Below, piece after piece: positions 1 to 9,253 of a DNA stretch of 64,000 nucleotides. The DNA is taken from positions 35,634-99,633 of the forward strand of contig JACQZO010000020.1 of NCBI GenBank assembly GCA_016207805.1, read 5' to 3'. This stretch comes from Candidatus Abawacabacteria bacterium (GTDB lineage: Bacteria; Patescibacteriota; Gracilibacteria; RBG-16-42-10). The position numbers and the translations under genes are program-made. Every line of letters begins with the position of its first letter. Position 1 is the first letter of the stretch. Below the pieces are notes generated by a model that did no database searches, was not told the origin of the DNA, and saw nothing but the letters and a program-made list of their open reading frames with translations.

Positions 1-2
1 TT

Positions 3-635
3 TGCTTGCACACTTGGAATAATATTCGGGATTTAGAATATTGTATTTATACTGCTGGCTCTAGCAATTGCTTCGGTTGTATAGGATTGAAGCGTAAGGA
101 ATATTGCATTCTCAATAAACAATATAGTAAGGAAGAATACTTCGATCTAACTGCGAAAATAAGAGAGCATATGAGAAAAAACAATACATATGGTGAGTTT
201 TTTCCACCCAGCATGAGCTATTGTCATTACAACGAATCCGAAGGAATGACTTATTGTCCCCTAACCAGAGAAGAAGCCTCAGCTCGAGGCTTTTCTTGGG
301 CAGAAGAAAAACTTACAGTGCCGCCTACTCACTCTGATTTACCTGACAACATTGCACAAGCCACTGATGAAGTCTTAACAAAGGCACATGCATGTATAAA
401 AACCGGTAAACCATATCGCTTAATCAAACAAGAATTAGATACCTATCGTGAGCGCAAAATTCCTCTACCACAAGTAGCACCCTTAGAAAGAATCAAAGAA
501 AAGCTATACCGCAATAAAATACTGCCTTTGAAGAATATTCAATGTTGTAAGTGTGGAATAAGTTTAACTAGCGTGCATAATCCAGCAGAAGAATTAGTTT
601 ATTGCGAGCAGTGTTTTGAGAATAGCCTGAGCTGA
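3..635 (+). CDS. Cys-rich zinc-ribbon-bookended family, array member 1 (5' end outside window)
   Basis: Open from the window edge in frame 3. Has the late family block FGCIGLKRKEYCILNKQYSKEEYF and YGEFFP. C-module: ACIKTGKPYRLIKQEL..VAPLERIK (C1 site degenerate) and QCCKCG..VYCEQCF (C2 intact). Closest to members 4 and 9. Confidence 0.85.
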   Translation, partial: CLHTWNNIRDLEYCIYTAGSSNCFGCIGLKRKEYCILNKQYSKEEYFDLTAKIREHMRKNNTYGEFFPPSMSYCHYNESEGMTYCPLTREEASARGFSWAEEKLTVPPTHSDLPDNIAQATDEVLTKAHACIKTGKPYRLIKQELDTYRERKIPLPQVAPLERIKEKLYRNKILPLKNIQCCKCGISLTSVHNPAEELVYCEQCFENSLS

Positions 636-984
636 AATCTCCCCCCTTCATCTTGAGATGAAAGTTTAAAAGCTAGAATCTAAAATCTAAATTAAAGCGG
701 CGAGTATCGAAAGACCTTCCAGCATATAGTTGGAAGTGTTATGAATATTCAATCAAAGAAGCTGGCTTACTTGCTTTCGTCAAAGCACATTATTTACCGA
801 GACCAGAAACGGCAGGATCCTTCCCATCGATAACACTCGGGGCAGGCACCTGCGCTGCGCTTTGTTTAGGATGAAAAGCAGGTAGATAAATGACGAACAT
901 CGGGACAAGCCTCAAAGAATTCTTGTTACTTCTAATAAATACATATACTCTTCTTCCGTCTCTAAATTCGTAACTTGGAATTTT

Positions 985-2661
985 ATGCAATGCCGTCAAT
1001 GCCAAGCTCATTATTTAGTTAGCAGTGAAGATCTCGCATTTTATGAAAGCATGTCACCAACTTTTGCTGGCAAAAAGTATCCTATACCTAACCCGACACT
1101 TTGCCCTCCATGCCGCCGCCAGAGAAGACTTTCCTTTCGTAATGAAAACAAACTCTACTCTAGAAAATGTGATCAATGCCAAAAAGACATTATTTCTATT
1201 TACTCGCCAGATAAAGAACAAGCTGTCTATTGTATGAAGTGCTGGTGGTCAGAAAAGCATGTACCCACTGACTTTGGCCGCGATTATGATTTTAACCGAC
1301 CTTTTTTTGTCCAATTAACTGAATTATTGAAAAAGACTCCCCTCCCTAATCTAATCGCTACTCCTGATGCTGAAGAAAGCAATTGCGCTTATGTGAATTG
1401 TGCTGGTCACAACAATAATTGTTATATGATCTTTGATGCTGACCATAGTGAAGATTCTCTCTATAGCAATGCTATCAAGGCCAGCAAAAATACGATTGAT
1501 TGCTCTTATATCCAGATGTCTGAGCTTTGTTATCAATGTGTAGATTGTACACAATGTTACAATCTCCTTTATAGCCAAGATTGTGCCAATTGTCGCGACA
1601 GTTATTTTTTGAAAAATTGCATTAGCTGTAATCATTGTATTCTCTGTGTCAATTTACAGCATAAAGAATATTGCATTATGAATCAGCAATATTCAAAAGA
1701 AGACTATGAACAATATGTAGCAAAGCTCAACTTGGGTAATCGTGATAGCATTCCTGCTTTATACGCAAAGCTCAAAGGTTTCGCCAAAGAGCACGCCAAC
1801 AAGTTTTTTCATGGCCATCAAGCAGAAAATAGCAGTGGAGACTATCTATATAATGTCAAAAATTGCAGACACTGCTTCATGACTACTAAAGGTGAAGATC
1901 TCACCTACTGTGACTCCTTAATTGATGCTCGTCATTCTTGTGATATTTCTTCTTTCGGTGAGAATATGGAGCGCTGCTATGAATCAAATGCAATCGGCGA
2001 CAATGTCTATGAAGTGTTTTTTTCTCAACTATGCGCTGGTAATATACGTAATGTCTATTTCAATTTAGGTTCGAGAAACAGCCATGACTGTTTTGGCTGT
2101 ATCGCACTTAAGAGCAATGAATACTGCATTCTGAACAAACAATATAGCAAAGACGACTATGAAAAAATGGTGGCACGAATCATTGAACATATGTTGAGTA
2201 CTGGTGGCTGGGGTGAAGGATTACCAATGTTTATGTCACCTTTTGGTTATAATGAAAGCATGGCCAATATATTTTTCCCCTTAACAAAAGAAGCAGCAAG
2301 CAAATTAGGCGCTAAATGGAAAGATGAAGTAGCTAATACTTCCTCTGCAGCACCAGTTACTGTGCCCGCTGATATTAAAGTAGTTACTGATACAATTATT
2401 AACGAAGTACTCACCTGCAGCAGCTGTCAGAAAAAGTACAAATTGGTAAAACAGGAATTACAATACTATCGAGACCACAATGTACCAGTGCCGATAAATT
2501 GCTTTGATTGCCGTTATCGTATGCGTTTAAGCATGCGAAATCCACAAAAACTTTGGGATAGTCACTGTCAAAAATGTGGCGTTAATTTTGAAACTAGTTA
2601 TGATCCAGCCAAGGAAGATCTGGTATATTGTGAAAAGTGCTACTTGGAAAATGTACATTAA
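985..2661 (+). CDS. Cys-rich zinc-ribbon-bookended family, array member 2 (sites N1+ N2+ C1+ C2+)
   Basis: 558 aa intact ORF. N-module CRQCQ..CPPCRRQRRLSFRNE..RKCDQC..VYCMKCWW. FDFNRPFF. KEYCIMNQQYSKEDYE mid-protein and NEYCILNKQYSKDDYE late. C-module CSSCQKKYKLVKQEL..CFDCRYR..HCQKC..VYCEKCY. Confidence 0.9.
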   Translation: MQCRQCQAHYLVSSEDLAFYESMSPTFAGKKYPIPNPTLCPPCRRQRRLSFRNENKLYSRKCDQCQKDIISIYSPDKEQAVYCMKCWWSEKHVPTDFGRDYDFNRPFFVQLTELLKKTPLPNLIATPDAEESNCAYVNCAGHNNNCYMIFDADHSEDSLYSNAIKASKNTIDCSYIQMSELCYQCVDCTQCYNLLYSQDCANCRDSYFLKNCISCNHCILCVNLQHKEYCIMNQQYSKEDYEQYVAKLNLGNRDSIPALYAKLKGFAKEHANKFFHGHQAENSSGDYLYNVKNCRHCFMTTKGEDLTYCDSLIDARHSCDISSFGENMERCYESNAIGDNVYEVFFSQLCAGNIRNVYFNLGSRNSHDCFGCIALKSNEYCILNKQYSKDDYEKMVARIIEHMLSTGGWGEGLPMFMSPFGYNESMANIFFPLTKEAASKLGAKWKDEVANTSSAAPVTVPADIKVVTDTIINEVLTCSSCQKKYKLVKQELQYYRDHNVPVPINCFDCRYRMRLSMRNPQKLWDSHCQKCGVNFETSYDPAKEDLVYCEKCYLENVH

Positions 2662-2723
2662 GGGCATTGGCTTAAGCAAGAATTGTTGGTATCATTAGAT
2701 GATACACAAATTAAAATCACCGT

Positions 2724-4622
2724 ATGGCACTTGAGAATGTTGGTCATAGACCAAATGATAGCGGAGAACAGAGTTTAAAATTACAGCCAGAACTTCGAGC
2801 AATAAATGCTGAGATTAGAGCCCAAGCTGCAGATGCACTTACAACAGCCCGAAGTGAATTGGCCCGAATGATTGGGGAAGGAGGCCCCTCTTCTCAACGA
2901 GACCGAGTAGGCTCTGGCACTGATCTGCGTGCAACTCCAATGACAGATGCAGAGTTGGCAAGCATGGCGAAAGCATGGTTTTTAGAACGATATATTCCAC
3001 TACGTGACAATACCACTAGAACAGCAACCTTAGAACAACTTCCTGACGCAATCCTGCCTTTATTAGAACGATTCATTGCTGCTCAGACCCCATCTAGTGG
3101 CACAAAAGATCGCATTGTATCAGCTAGTGATATGGCTAGAACGGCAACAAAGCTAACCTTAGCCTTGAAGAAAGATGTGGGAGAGCTAATGGGAGAGGAC
3201 CAACAACGACAGGCAAGAATCTCGAGACATCTCCGAGAAGTAGTAGACTATCAAATCACAACTGATAGCAAAAAAGAAGTTTCCCTAGCTTTCGAGCGAT
3301 TAAATAAACTATTGGGCAAACTAAAAGTATCAGCTCCCGAGATGGCTCAAAGACAGAAAATATTGCTTAGTCTCTTTCCTACTATTAATGATTTTAAAGG
3401 TATTATTTCACGCCTAGAAAAGCTTGCTCCAGAATCGGCTGAATACAAAGCAGCAGTAGCGACAGAGATTGAGCAATTAATGTCCATTTTACTGCCGAAG
3501 TTATATCTATTGGCTGCTACAAACAGCACAGGGAAAAAGCTCTTGGAAGACAATGGCAAGGGCTATTCTGTATCACAATATATAGAATCTATAGCTAAAC
3601 ATTTAGCTTTGGCTATTTTTCATGCACCCAAAACGGATGAATTAGATATTATTGAGATACCAGAAGCCTCAGATGAAGAACCCAAGCCGCGACAAATTCG
3701 AAGCCACCTTCGTGCACCAACAATGACTGGCCCTGTTTATACCCCACCAATACCACCGGAGGCCTTAAAAACAGGTAATGCTCATAATAAGAAAGTTGAC
3801 CGAGCCGCAACCATATCAGGACCTATATATAAGGCACCTCCACCACTTCCGCCCGAAGCCTTGAAGCAACAGGGCAGACTACAGCCAACACAAAAATTAC
3901 CAACTTACCAAGCAATCGTTGCTCAAGCTGGTCATCTAACAAATACCCCAATTATTAGAGCAACTCCGCCAGCTCTCGGACGAACACCAGTTAAACGTAA
4001 TCGCTCAGCCATTGCCGCAACAGCAGTAGCGGCAGCGGCAGCATTTGCTGCGATAGGACGCACTCCTCACTCTACTCCCTCACAAGCCGCTGAACATTCC
4101 ACCGTAACTAGACCAATACAAAGTTTAGCGCCGACACCTCCACCAAGTACTCCTGATATGGCATTTACACCTGAAAATTCTCCAAGCTCCAGTACTTTTC
4201 CTGAAGTTGCCTTCAACAGTCCTATTGCTATGGAGTTACGCAAAAGCTTAGAAGCAAGAGCAGCGGAAGAATATCTTGCGCATTGGATTGATCCTAATAG
4301 ACCAGATCGTCTTCGTCTCCGAGAAAGCATTCGCTTATTACGTGATGGTGTAATACACAAAATGTTAGCTGAACATCCGCGTATCGCAAATTTGCACTCT
4401 AGTCGCAATGGACACCCTTTGACACTAAAAATTGAACACACTGACACTCCTGGCGTATTTTTCATTAAAGTGAAAGATATGAGTAATAATAGCGAAGTAT
4501 TTTCTGAAGAAGTGGTCATTAATGTCAGCCCAACAGAATTAGTGGCTCAGAGAATGCGCTTTGAAGCAAATCAAGCTGCCCAGCAAAGAGCAAGACAACC
4601 TAATATAGATCTTTTTCGATAG
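2724..4622 (+). CDS. hypothetical protein, Pro/Ala-rich with duplicated GP(V/I)Y..PPEALK motif
   Basis: 632 aa ORF with no recognisable domain. Low-complexity Pro/Ala tracts. Motif GPVYTPPIPPEALK and GPIYKAPPPLPPEALK about 30 aa apart. Visibly more GC-rich than the flanking array genes. Confidence 0.7.
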   Translation: MALENVGHRPNDSGEQSLKLQPELRAINAEIRAQAADALTTARSELARMIGEGGPSSQRDRVGSGTDLRATPMTDAELASMAKAWFLERYIPLRDNTTRTATLEQLPDAILPLLERFIAAQTPSSGTKDRIVSASDMARTATKLTLALKKDVGELMGEDQQRQARISRHLREVVDYQITTDSKKEVSLAFERLNKLLGKLKVSAPEMAQRQKILLSLFPTINDFKGIISRLEKLAPESAEYKAAVATEIEQLMSILLPKLYLLAATNSTGKKLLEDNGKGYSVSQYIESIAKHLALAIFHAPKTDELDIIEIPEASDEEPKPRQIRSHLRAPTMTGPVYTPPIPPEALKTGNAHNKKVDRAATISGPIYKAPPPLPPEALKQQGRLQPTQKLPTYQAIVAQAGHLTNTPIIRATPPALGRTPVKRNRSAIAATAVAAAAAFAAIGRTPHSTPSQAAEHSTVTRPIQSLAPTPPPSTPDMAFTPENSPSSSTFPEVAFNSPIAMELRKSLEARAAEEYLAHWIDPNRPDRLRLRESIRLLRDGVIHKMLAEHPRIANLHSSRNGHPLTLKIEHTDTPGVFFIKVKDMSNNSEVFSEEVVINVSPTELVAQRMRFEANQAAQQRARQPNIDLFR

Positions 4623-4643
4623 CGTTTAACCGCTTTTCTATCC

Positions 4644-4686
4644 AGAGCTGATATACTATGCTTCATATAGTACTCAGCTCTTTTTG
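4644..4686 (+). terminator. putative intrinsic terminator after the 2724-4622 ORF
   Basis: agagctga (4644-4651) pairs with tcagctct (4674-4681), with further inner pairing tactatg/catagta. A ttttt run follows directly. Lies 22 nt after the stop codon. Confidence 0.5.
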
Positions 4687-4688
4687 AT

Positions 4689-6371
4689 ATGCCATCTTGC
4701 TCCCAATGCAGTGTTAGCTTCACCATCAGCGAATATGACAAAAAGTTCTATACTCAATTTATTTCTTGTCCCCAAAAAACGATTATTCCTCAGCCGGAAG
4801 CTTGTCCAGATTGTCGTAGACAAAGAAGATTAGCTTTTCGCAATGAAAGTAATTTGTACCAAAGAAAATGCGATCTCTGTAAAAAAGAGATAATCAGTAT
4901 CTACTCGGCCAAAAAGGAGTTTCCAGTATATTGCAGTTCTTGTTTTTGGAGTGATCAGTGGACACCTTTTACCTATGGCAAAGAATTCGACTTTTTTCGT
5001 CCTTTCTTTGAACAATTTAAAGAACTTTTTGATGCTGTGCCAAAGTTAAGCTTGATTTTAGCTGACAATGAAAATAGTGAATACAATAATAGCTGTGCCA
5101 ATCTCAAGAATTGTTATTTATGTTTTGATGGCGGTTTCGCTCAAGACTGTTACTATGGCGAAACATTCGATTATGTTCGGAATTGCGTAAACTTTTTGTG
5201 CTTACAACATTGCGAGCTTTGTTTTGCATGTATTAATTGTAGTAATTGCTATCATCTTTTCTATTCTCATTTCTGCCAAAATTGTTCAGATTCTTATTTT
5301 CTGCTTGATTGTATTGGCTGTAAAAATTGTTTCGGCTGCGCGAATCTCAAACAAAAGGAATATTGTTGGTTTAATGAACAACTGACCAAAGAAGAATTCG
5401 AAATGCGCAGTGCGAAGTTAGAAATGGGAAGCTTCAAAGCAGTAGAAGAGATGCACCAAAAAGTACTGGAATTTTGGCGGTCACAGCCTAAAAGAGCCTA
5501 TCGAGGCAACATGAGTGAAAATGTCACCGGAGATAATATCAACAATTGCACGAATAGCTTTGCTAATTTTGATTGTAATAATTTACAAGATTGCAATTAT
5601 TGTAATCAGGTGGTACTACCGGCCAAAGATTGTCAGGATATAGACAAATGGGGAGACAATATAGAATTGTGCTATAACAGTTCCGGAGTTGGTAACGGTG
5701 GCCAAAATGTAATAGCCAGTTACTATAGTGCATTCAATGCTAGTAATATATTCCATTCAGCTTACTGCTGGTTTAGCTGTAGTAACTTGTTTGGCTGTGT
5801 GGGGCTCAATAGACAAAAACAATACTGCATTTTGAACAAGCAATACTCTCAGGAAGCATATGAGAAGCTCATTAAGCAGATTATAGAGCACATGCAAATA
5901 AGTAAGGAGTGGACTGAATTTTTTCCTCCTCAACTATCTGCTTTTGGTTACAATGAATCCGTAGCTCAAGAATACTATCCCCTCAATAAGGATCAGGCCC
6001 TAGCTCAAGGCTTCAAATGGTCTGATGAAGAGCAAAACTTAGCACTACCCCACAACTCACAGTCAGCCGCAAATTTAGCAGACAATATCAAAGATGTTAC
6101 GGATGACATCCTCAACACAGCTGTTATTTGTAAGGAAACGCAAAAGTTGTTTCGCATCACCAAAGCCGAATTACAATTTTATCGTGCTCATAATATTCCA
6201 TTACCCCGTACCCATCCCAAGATACGCAATGCGTTTTTAAAAGCACAAAAGAATCCTCGCAAACTTTGGCAAAGACGGTGTGACAAATGTGGGCAAGAAA
6301 TCAGCAGCAGCTATTCTCCTAATAGAAAAGAATTAGTATATTGCGAAAAATGTTACACAGCAGAATTTTAG
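4689..6371 (+). CDS. Cys-rich family, array member 3 (N1+ N2+ C1- C2+)
   Basis: 560 aa. N-module CSQCS..CPDCRRQRRLAFRNE..RKCDLCKKEIISIY..VYCSSCFW. C-module ICKETQKLFRITKAEL..THPKIRN (C1 lost) and RCDKCGQ..VYCEKCY. Sister of member 8 (shared RAYRGNMSENVTGDNINNC type block). Confidence 0.9.
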   Translation: MPSCSQCSVSFTISEYDKKFYTQFISCPQKTIIPQPEACPDCRRQRRLAFRNESNLYQRKCDLCKKEIISIYSAKKEFPVYCSSCFWSDQWTPFTYGKEFDFFRPFFEQFKELFDAVPKLSLILADNENSEYNNSCANLKNCYLCFDGGFAQDCYYGETFDYVRNCVNFLCLQHCELCFACINCSNCYHLFYSHFCQNCSDSYFLLDCIGCKNCFGCANLKQKEYCWFNEQLTKEEFEMRSAKLEMGSFKAVEEMHQKVLEFWRSQPKRAYRGNMSENVTGDNINNCTNSFANFDCNNLQDCNYCNQVVLPAKDCQDIDKWGDNIELCYNSSGVGNGGQNVIASYYSAFNASNIFHSAYCWFSCSNLFGCVGLNRQKQYCILNKQYSQEAYEKLIKQIIEHMQISKEWTEFFPPQLSAFGYNESVAQEYYPLNKDQALAQGFKWSDEEQNLALPHNSQSAANLADNIKDVTDDILNTAVICKETQKLFRITKAELQFYRAHNIPLPRTHPKIRNAFLKAQKNPRKLWQRRCDKCGQEISSSYSPNRKELVYCEKCYTAEF

Positions 6372-6391
6372 AAGTAATTGCAGCTTCACCC

Positions 6392-7270
6392 ATGTTAAAA
6401 GCGCTACACAGAATATTTAGTAAAAACAAGCACAATTACTTTCTAGAAAATACCAAGTTCACCCCTTTGGCAGAAGTGACCATATTCATTGCTATCATTT
6501 CTGCTCTCTTTGCGGGCATTTATATCCTAGAGTTTTTCTTTCAATTGAGTACATTGATTCAATTTCTTTCTGATATTGCCAGCCCAATCAAGATTTCACC
6601 AGTAGAGGAATTAGGTAGCACGTCACGACATATCAATAGTCTTTTCTTCATTAATATCAGCCTTTATTTAGGCTGGTTATTTTTTGCCTATCAAAATCTT
6701 TACTCATTAGGATTCAAAACTACTAGCACACCAAGAAATGTAGTGCTAGAGAATCTCATCCCAGTAATTAATTTGCGAGGAATATATGTATATTTAAAAG
6801 AGATCTGGCTAAACACAGTAGATAGTACACAATGGGTACTAATTAAAGCATGGTGGTTTACTGCATTACTTCTAACGGCATTAAAACTAATTGGCGGTTT
6901 CAATGCTCTCAAAGTATTGAGAACACTATCCAACTATGAGACTCAACATCTCGAAAGATATTATGAGATCGTAACCATGTTGGTACTCAGCTGTACAATA
7001 CTATTACTATCTGCATTATTCTTTGTTATTACAATCAGAATTGTAATCAAAGTAACAACATTACAAAGAAAGCGATCTCAAGTACCAAACCTACCAGTAA
7101 GCCTCGACACAAACACTATTACCGATAAAAAGTTAGCAAACAAAAAATCATTATCAATTATCAGTAAAATTATATTCTTAGTCATTGCACTACTTATTTT
7201 GACTCCCTTGCTCATTGCTTTTCACATGGTGTTTCAAGCTCTATCAGAAAAAGCTATTAGTCAATTCTAA
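6392..7270 (+). CDS. multi-pass membrane protein, unknown function
   Basis: The ORF track starts at 6341, overlapping the end of member 3, so the ATG at 6392 (MLKALHRIF) is more plausible. Several long hydrophobic segments (FIAIISALFAGIYILEFFF, LVLSCTILLLSALFFVITIRIVI, IIFLVIALLILTPLLIAF). Confidence 0.65.
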   Translation: MLKALHRIFSKNKHNYFLENTKFTPLAEVTIFIAIISALFAGIYILEFFFQLSTLIQFLSDIASPIKISPVEELGSTSRHINSLFFINISLYLGWLFFAYQNLYSLGFKTTSTPRNVVLENLIPVINLRGIYVYLKEIWLNTVDSTQWVLIKAWWFTALLLTALKLIGGFNALKVLRTLSNYETQHLERYYEIVTMLVLSCTILLLSALFFVITIRIVIKVTTLQRKRSQVPNLPVSLDTNTITDKKLANKKSLSIISKIIFLVIALLILTPLLIAFHMVFQALSEKAISQF

Positions 7271-7279
7271 GTAATAATT

Positions 7280-8932
7280 ATGGAAAAAATCTGTAAAATC
7301 ACCGGCAAGCCTTTTACTATCTCCAAGGCCGAACAGGAATATTGTCGAAGTAATGACCTTCCTCTTCCTACTATTGCTCCTTATGAGCGCTTGCGACAAA
7401 TGTTTTACTTTTATAATCCGAGCTTTCTTTATAATGGAATATGTTCTTTCTCTGGCAAGCCCATGCTCAGTATTGTCCCTCCTGATAAGGGATTCAAAGT
7501 GTACGATATTGGCACTTGGATGGATGATACCGCTTGGGATCCTATGAGTTATGGTCGAGATTTTGATTTTTCGCGACCATTTTTTGCCCAGTTTGCCGAA
7601 CTTATGAAAGAAGTTCCTATTCCTAGCCGTTCCGTTGTTCTTTCCACCATGGAAAACAGCGACTATACCAATGGTGTCAGTCAGGTAAAAAATTGTTATT
7701 TAATCTTCGATTGTGATGTGGGCGAAGATTGTTATTTCTCCTATCAAATGCAACGAGTAAAAAACATCATTGATTCCATTAATGTCCGGGACTCGGAGCT
7801 TTGTTATGGCTGCAAACACATTAAAGACTGCTATAATTTACGATTTTGTGAAAATTGCGTCCATTGCTCCGATGCTACTTTTCTTTTTAATTGCCGCAAT
7901 GTCCGTAACTCTTATGGATCTACAAATTTAAGTAATAAAGAATATTGTTGGTTCAATGAACAATTAACTAAAGAAGAGTTCGAAATACGCAGCGCGAAAC
8001 TGAATTTGGGAAGTAGAAAGGAGTTAACACGAGCAAGGGAAGAGTTTGAGATCTTTAAAAAGGCTGCTTTCCTCAAAGCCGTGAATGGTCAATCTAATGA
8101 GAATTGTAGCGGTGATTATCTTAATGAATGCAAAAAGTGTACTGACACTTTTTTCTCAACCCAAGCTGAAGACTGTGAATACTGTGTCCAAGCAAATGGT
8201 GGCAAAAATTGTTATTTTTATACCACCTTCGGAAACAATGTTGAATTGGTCTACAACAGTGCTGTCTGTGGCCACAATGTCTACAATGTAAAATTTTGCT
8301 TAGGCAGCTTTGTCAATGTCCGAGATCTTGAATACTGCATGCATGTTGGCTTTGGTGCCAATAATTGTTTTGGCTGTATCGGTTTAAGAAAAAAACAGTA
8401 TTGCATCTTCAATAAACAGTATCCAAAAGAAGCATACTTTGAACTGTTAAAACGCATCAAGAACCATATGGTACTCACTGGTGAGTATGGTCAATTTTTC
8501 CCCTCAGAACTCTCCCCTTTCCACTACAATAAATCTGAAGCGTCGCTTTTCTTTCCACTCACTCGAGAAGAAGCCTTGGCGAGAGAACTGAGCTGGGAAG
8601 ATGAAATCATTGAAGAGTTTTCTACTGATTACATCATTCCCGATGACATTCGTGAAGTACCAGACAGCATACTTGAGCAAACTCTTAAATGTAGTGTTAG
8701 CGGTAAAAAGTATCGTATTATCAAACAAGAATTAGCGCTTTATCGCCATTGGCAAGTACCAATTCCGCTTATTGCTCCATTAGAAAGAATTAAGATTTCT
8801 TGCCAAGCCTTACGTCTACAAACAATAATTGAAAGACCTTGCTCACACTGCCATAAATCAATTAGAACTGCTTATAACAATCCTGAACAGAGTGTTCTTT
8901 GTGAAGAGTGCTATTCTAAGGCAATGATCTAA
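7280..8932 (+). CDS. Cys-rich family, array member 4 (N1- N2- C1- C2+)
   Basis: 550 aa. Degenerate N-module ICKITGKPFTISKAE..LPLPTIAPYERLR. Family core ENSDYTN, NCYLIF, SELCYGC, KEYCWFNEQLTKEEFE, VRDLEYC, FGCIGLRKKQYCIFNKQY, GEYGQFFP. C-module KCSVSGKKYRIIKQEL..IAPLERIK and PCSHC..VLCEECY. Sister of member 9. Confidence 0.9.
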   Translation: MEKICKITGKPFTISKAEQEYCRSNDLPLPTIAPYERLRQMFYFYNPSFLYNGICSFSGKPMLSIVPPDKGFKVYDIGTWMDDTAWDPMSYGRDFDFSRPFFAQFAELMKEVPIPSRSVVLSTMENSDYTNGVSQVKNCYLIFDCDVGEDCYFSYQMQRVKNIIDSINVRDSELCYGCKHIKDCYNLRFCENCVHCSDATFLFNCRNVRNSYGSTNLSNKEYCWFNEQLTKEEFEIRSAKLNLGSRKELTRAREEFEIFKKAAFLKAVNGQSNENCSGDYLNECKKCTDTFFSTQAEDCEYCVQANGGKNCYFYTTFGNNVELVYNSAVCGHNVYNVKFCLGSFVNVRDLEYCMHVGFGANNCFGCIGLRKKQYCIFNKQYPKEAYFELLKRIKNHMVLTGEYGQFFPSELSPFHYNKSEASLFFPLTREEALARELSWEDEIIEEFSTDYIIPDDIREVPDSILEQTLKCSVSGKKYRIIKQELALYRHWQVPIPLIAPLERIKISCQALRLQTIIERPCSHCHKSIRTAYNNPEQSVLCEECYSKAMI

Positions 8933-8953
8933 CAATTCTCCCCACAACTATAG

Positions 8954-9253
8954 TCAGTCTAATAACCTTCTAGCAGCAGTGAGATAAGCTTCACTATTTC
9001 TTCTAAAACCAACTTTAATGATAAACACCTCCACCTGTTGTTCCTTCACAGAATAAATCACTCGATAATCTCCCACCTTTAGTGCCCACATATTTTTCAA
9101 ACCATACTTTAATGACTTGCCATAGTGCTTAGGAGCAAAAGGCAGCTTTTTCATAATAGCTTTAAATATTCTCTTTTGGGTGGTCTTATCTAAAACACTT
9201 AAATCTTCTTTCCATACTAACTCATGAAAAGTAATCTGGTATTGCATAATCAA
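8954..9253 (-). CDS. type II toxin, RelE/ParE family
   Basis: 99 aa. Has the LKVGDYRVIYSV..VEVFIIKVGFRRN signature typical of RelE/StbE toxins. Overlaps the upstream antitoxin ORF by 4 nt. Confidence 0.85.
   Translation of the reverse strand: MIMQYQITFHELVWKEDLSVLDKTTQKRIFKAIMKKLPFAPKHYGKSLKYGLKNMWALKVGDYRVIYSVKEQQVEVFIIKVGFRRNSEAYLTAARRLLD

Noticed and set aside
646-668. Hairpin cttcatc-ttga-gatgaa after member 1 as an intrinsic terminator
   Set aside because: Only about 6 AT-rich base pairs and no clean U run (it is followed by agtttaaaa). Too weak to call.
790-1011. 73-aa minus-strand ORF in the 349-nt gap between members 1 and 2, which includes a somewhat GC-richer patch around 800-870
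   Set aside because: No recognisable motif. It overlaps the well-supported start of member 2 by 27 nt, and there is no supporting signal. The gap may hold a promoter or a gene remnant, but I cannot support a call.
1519-1656. Annotating the CxxCxxCxxC runs as ferredoxin-type 4Fe-4S binding motifs
   Set aside because: The canonical CxxCxxCxxxCP spacing and trailing Pro are absent. The runs are a continuous period-3 lattice, and several copies substitute Ser or Leu. Metal identity cannot be inferred from sequence alone.
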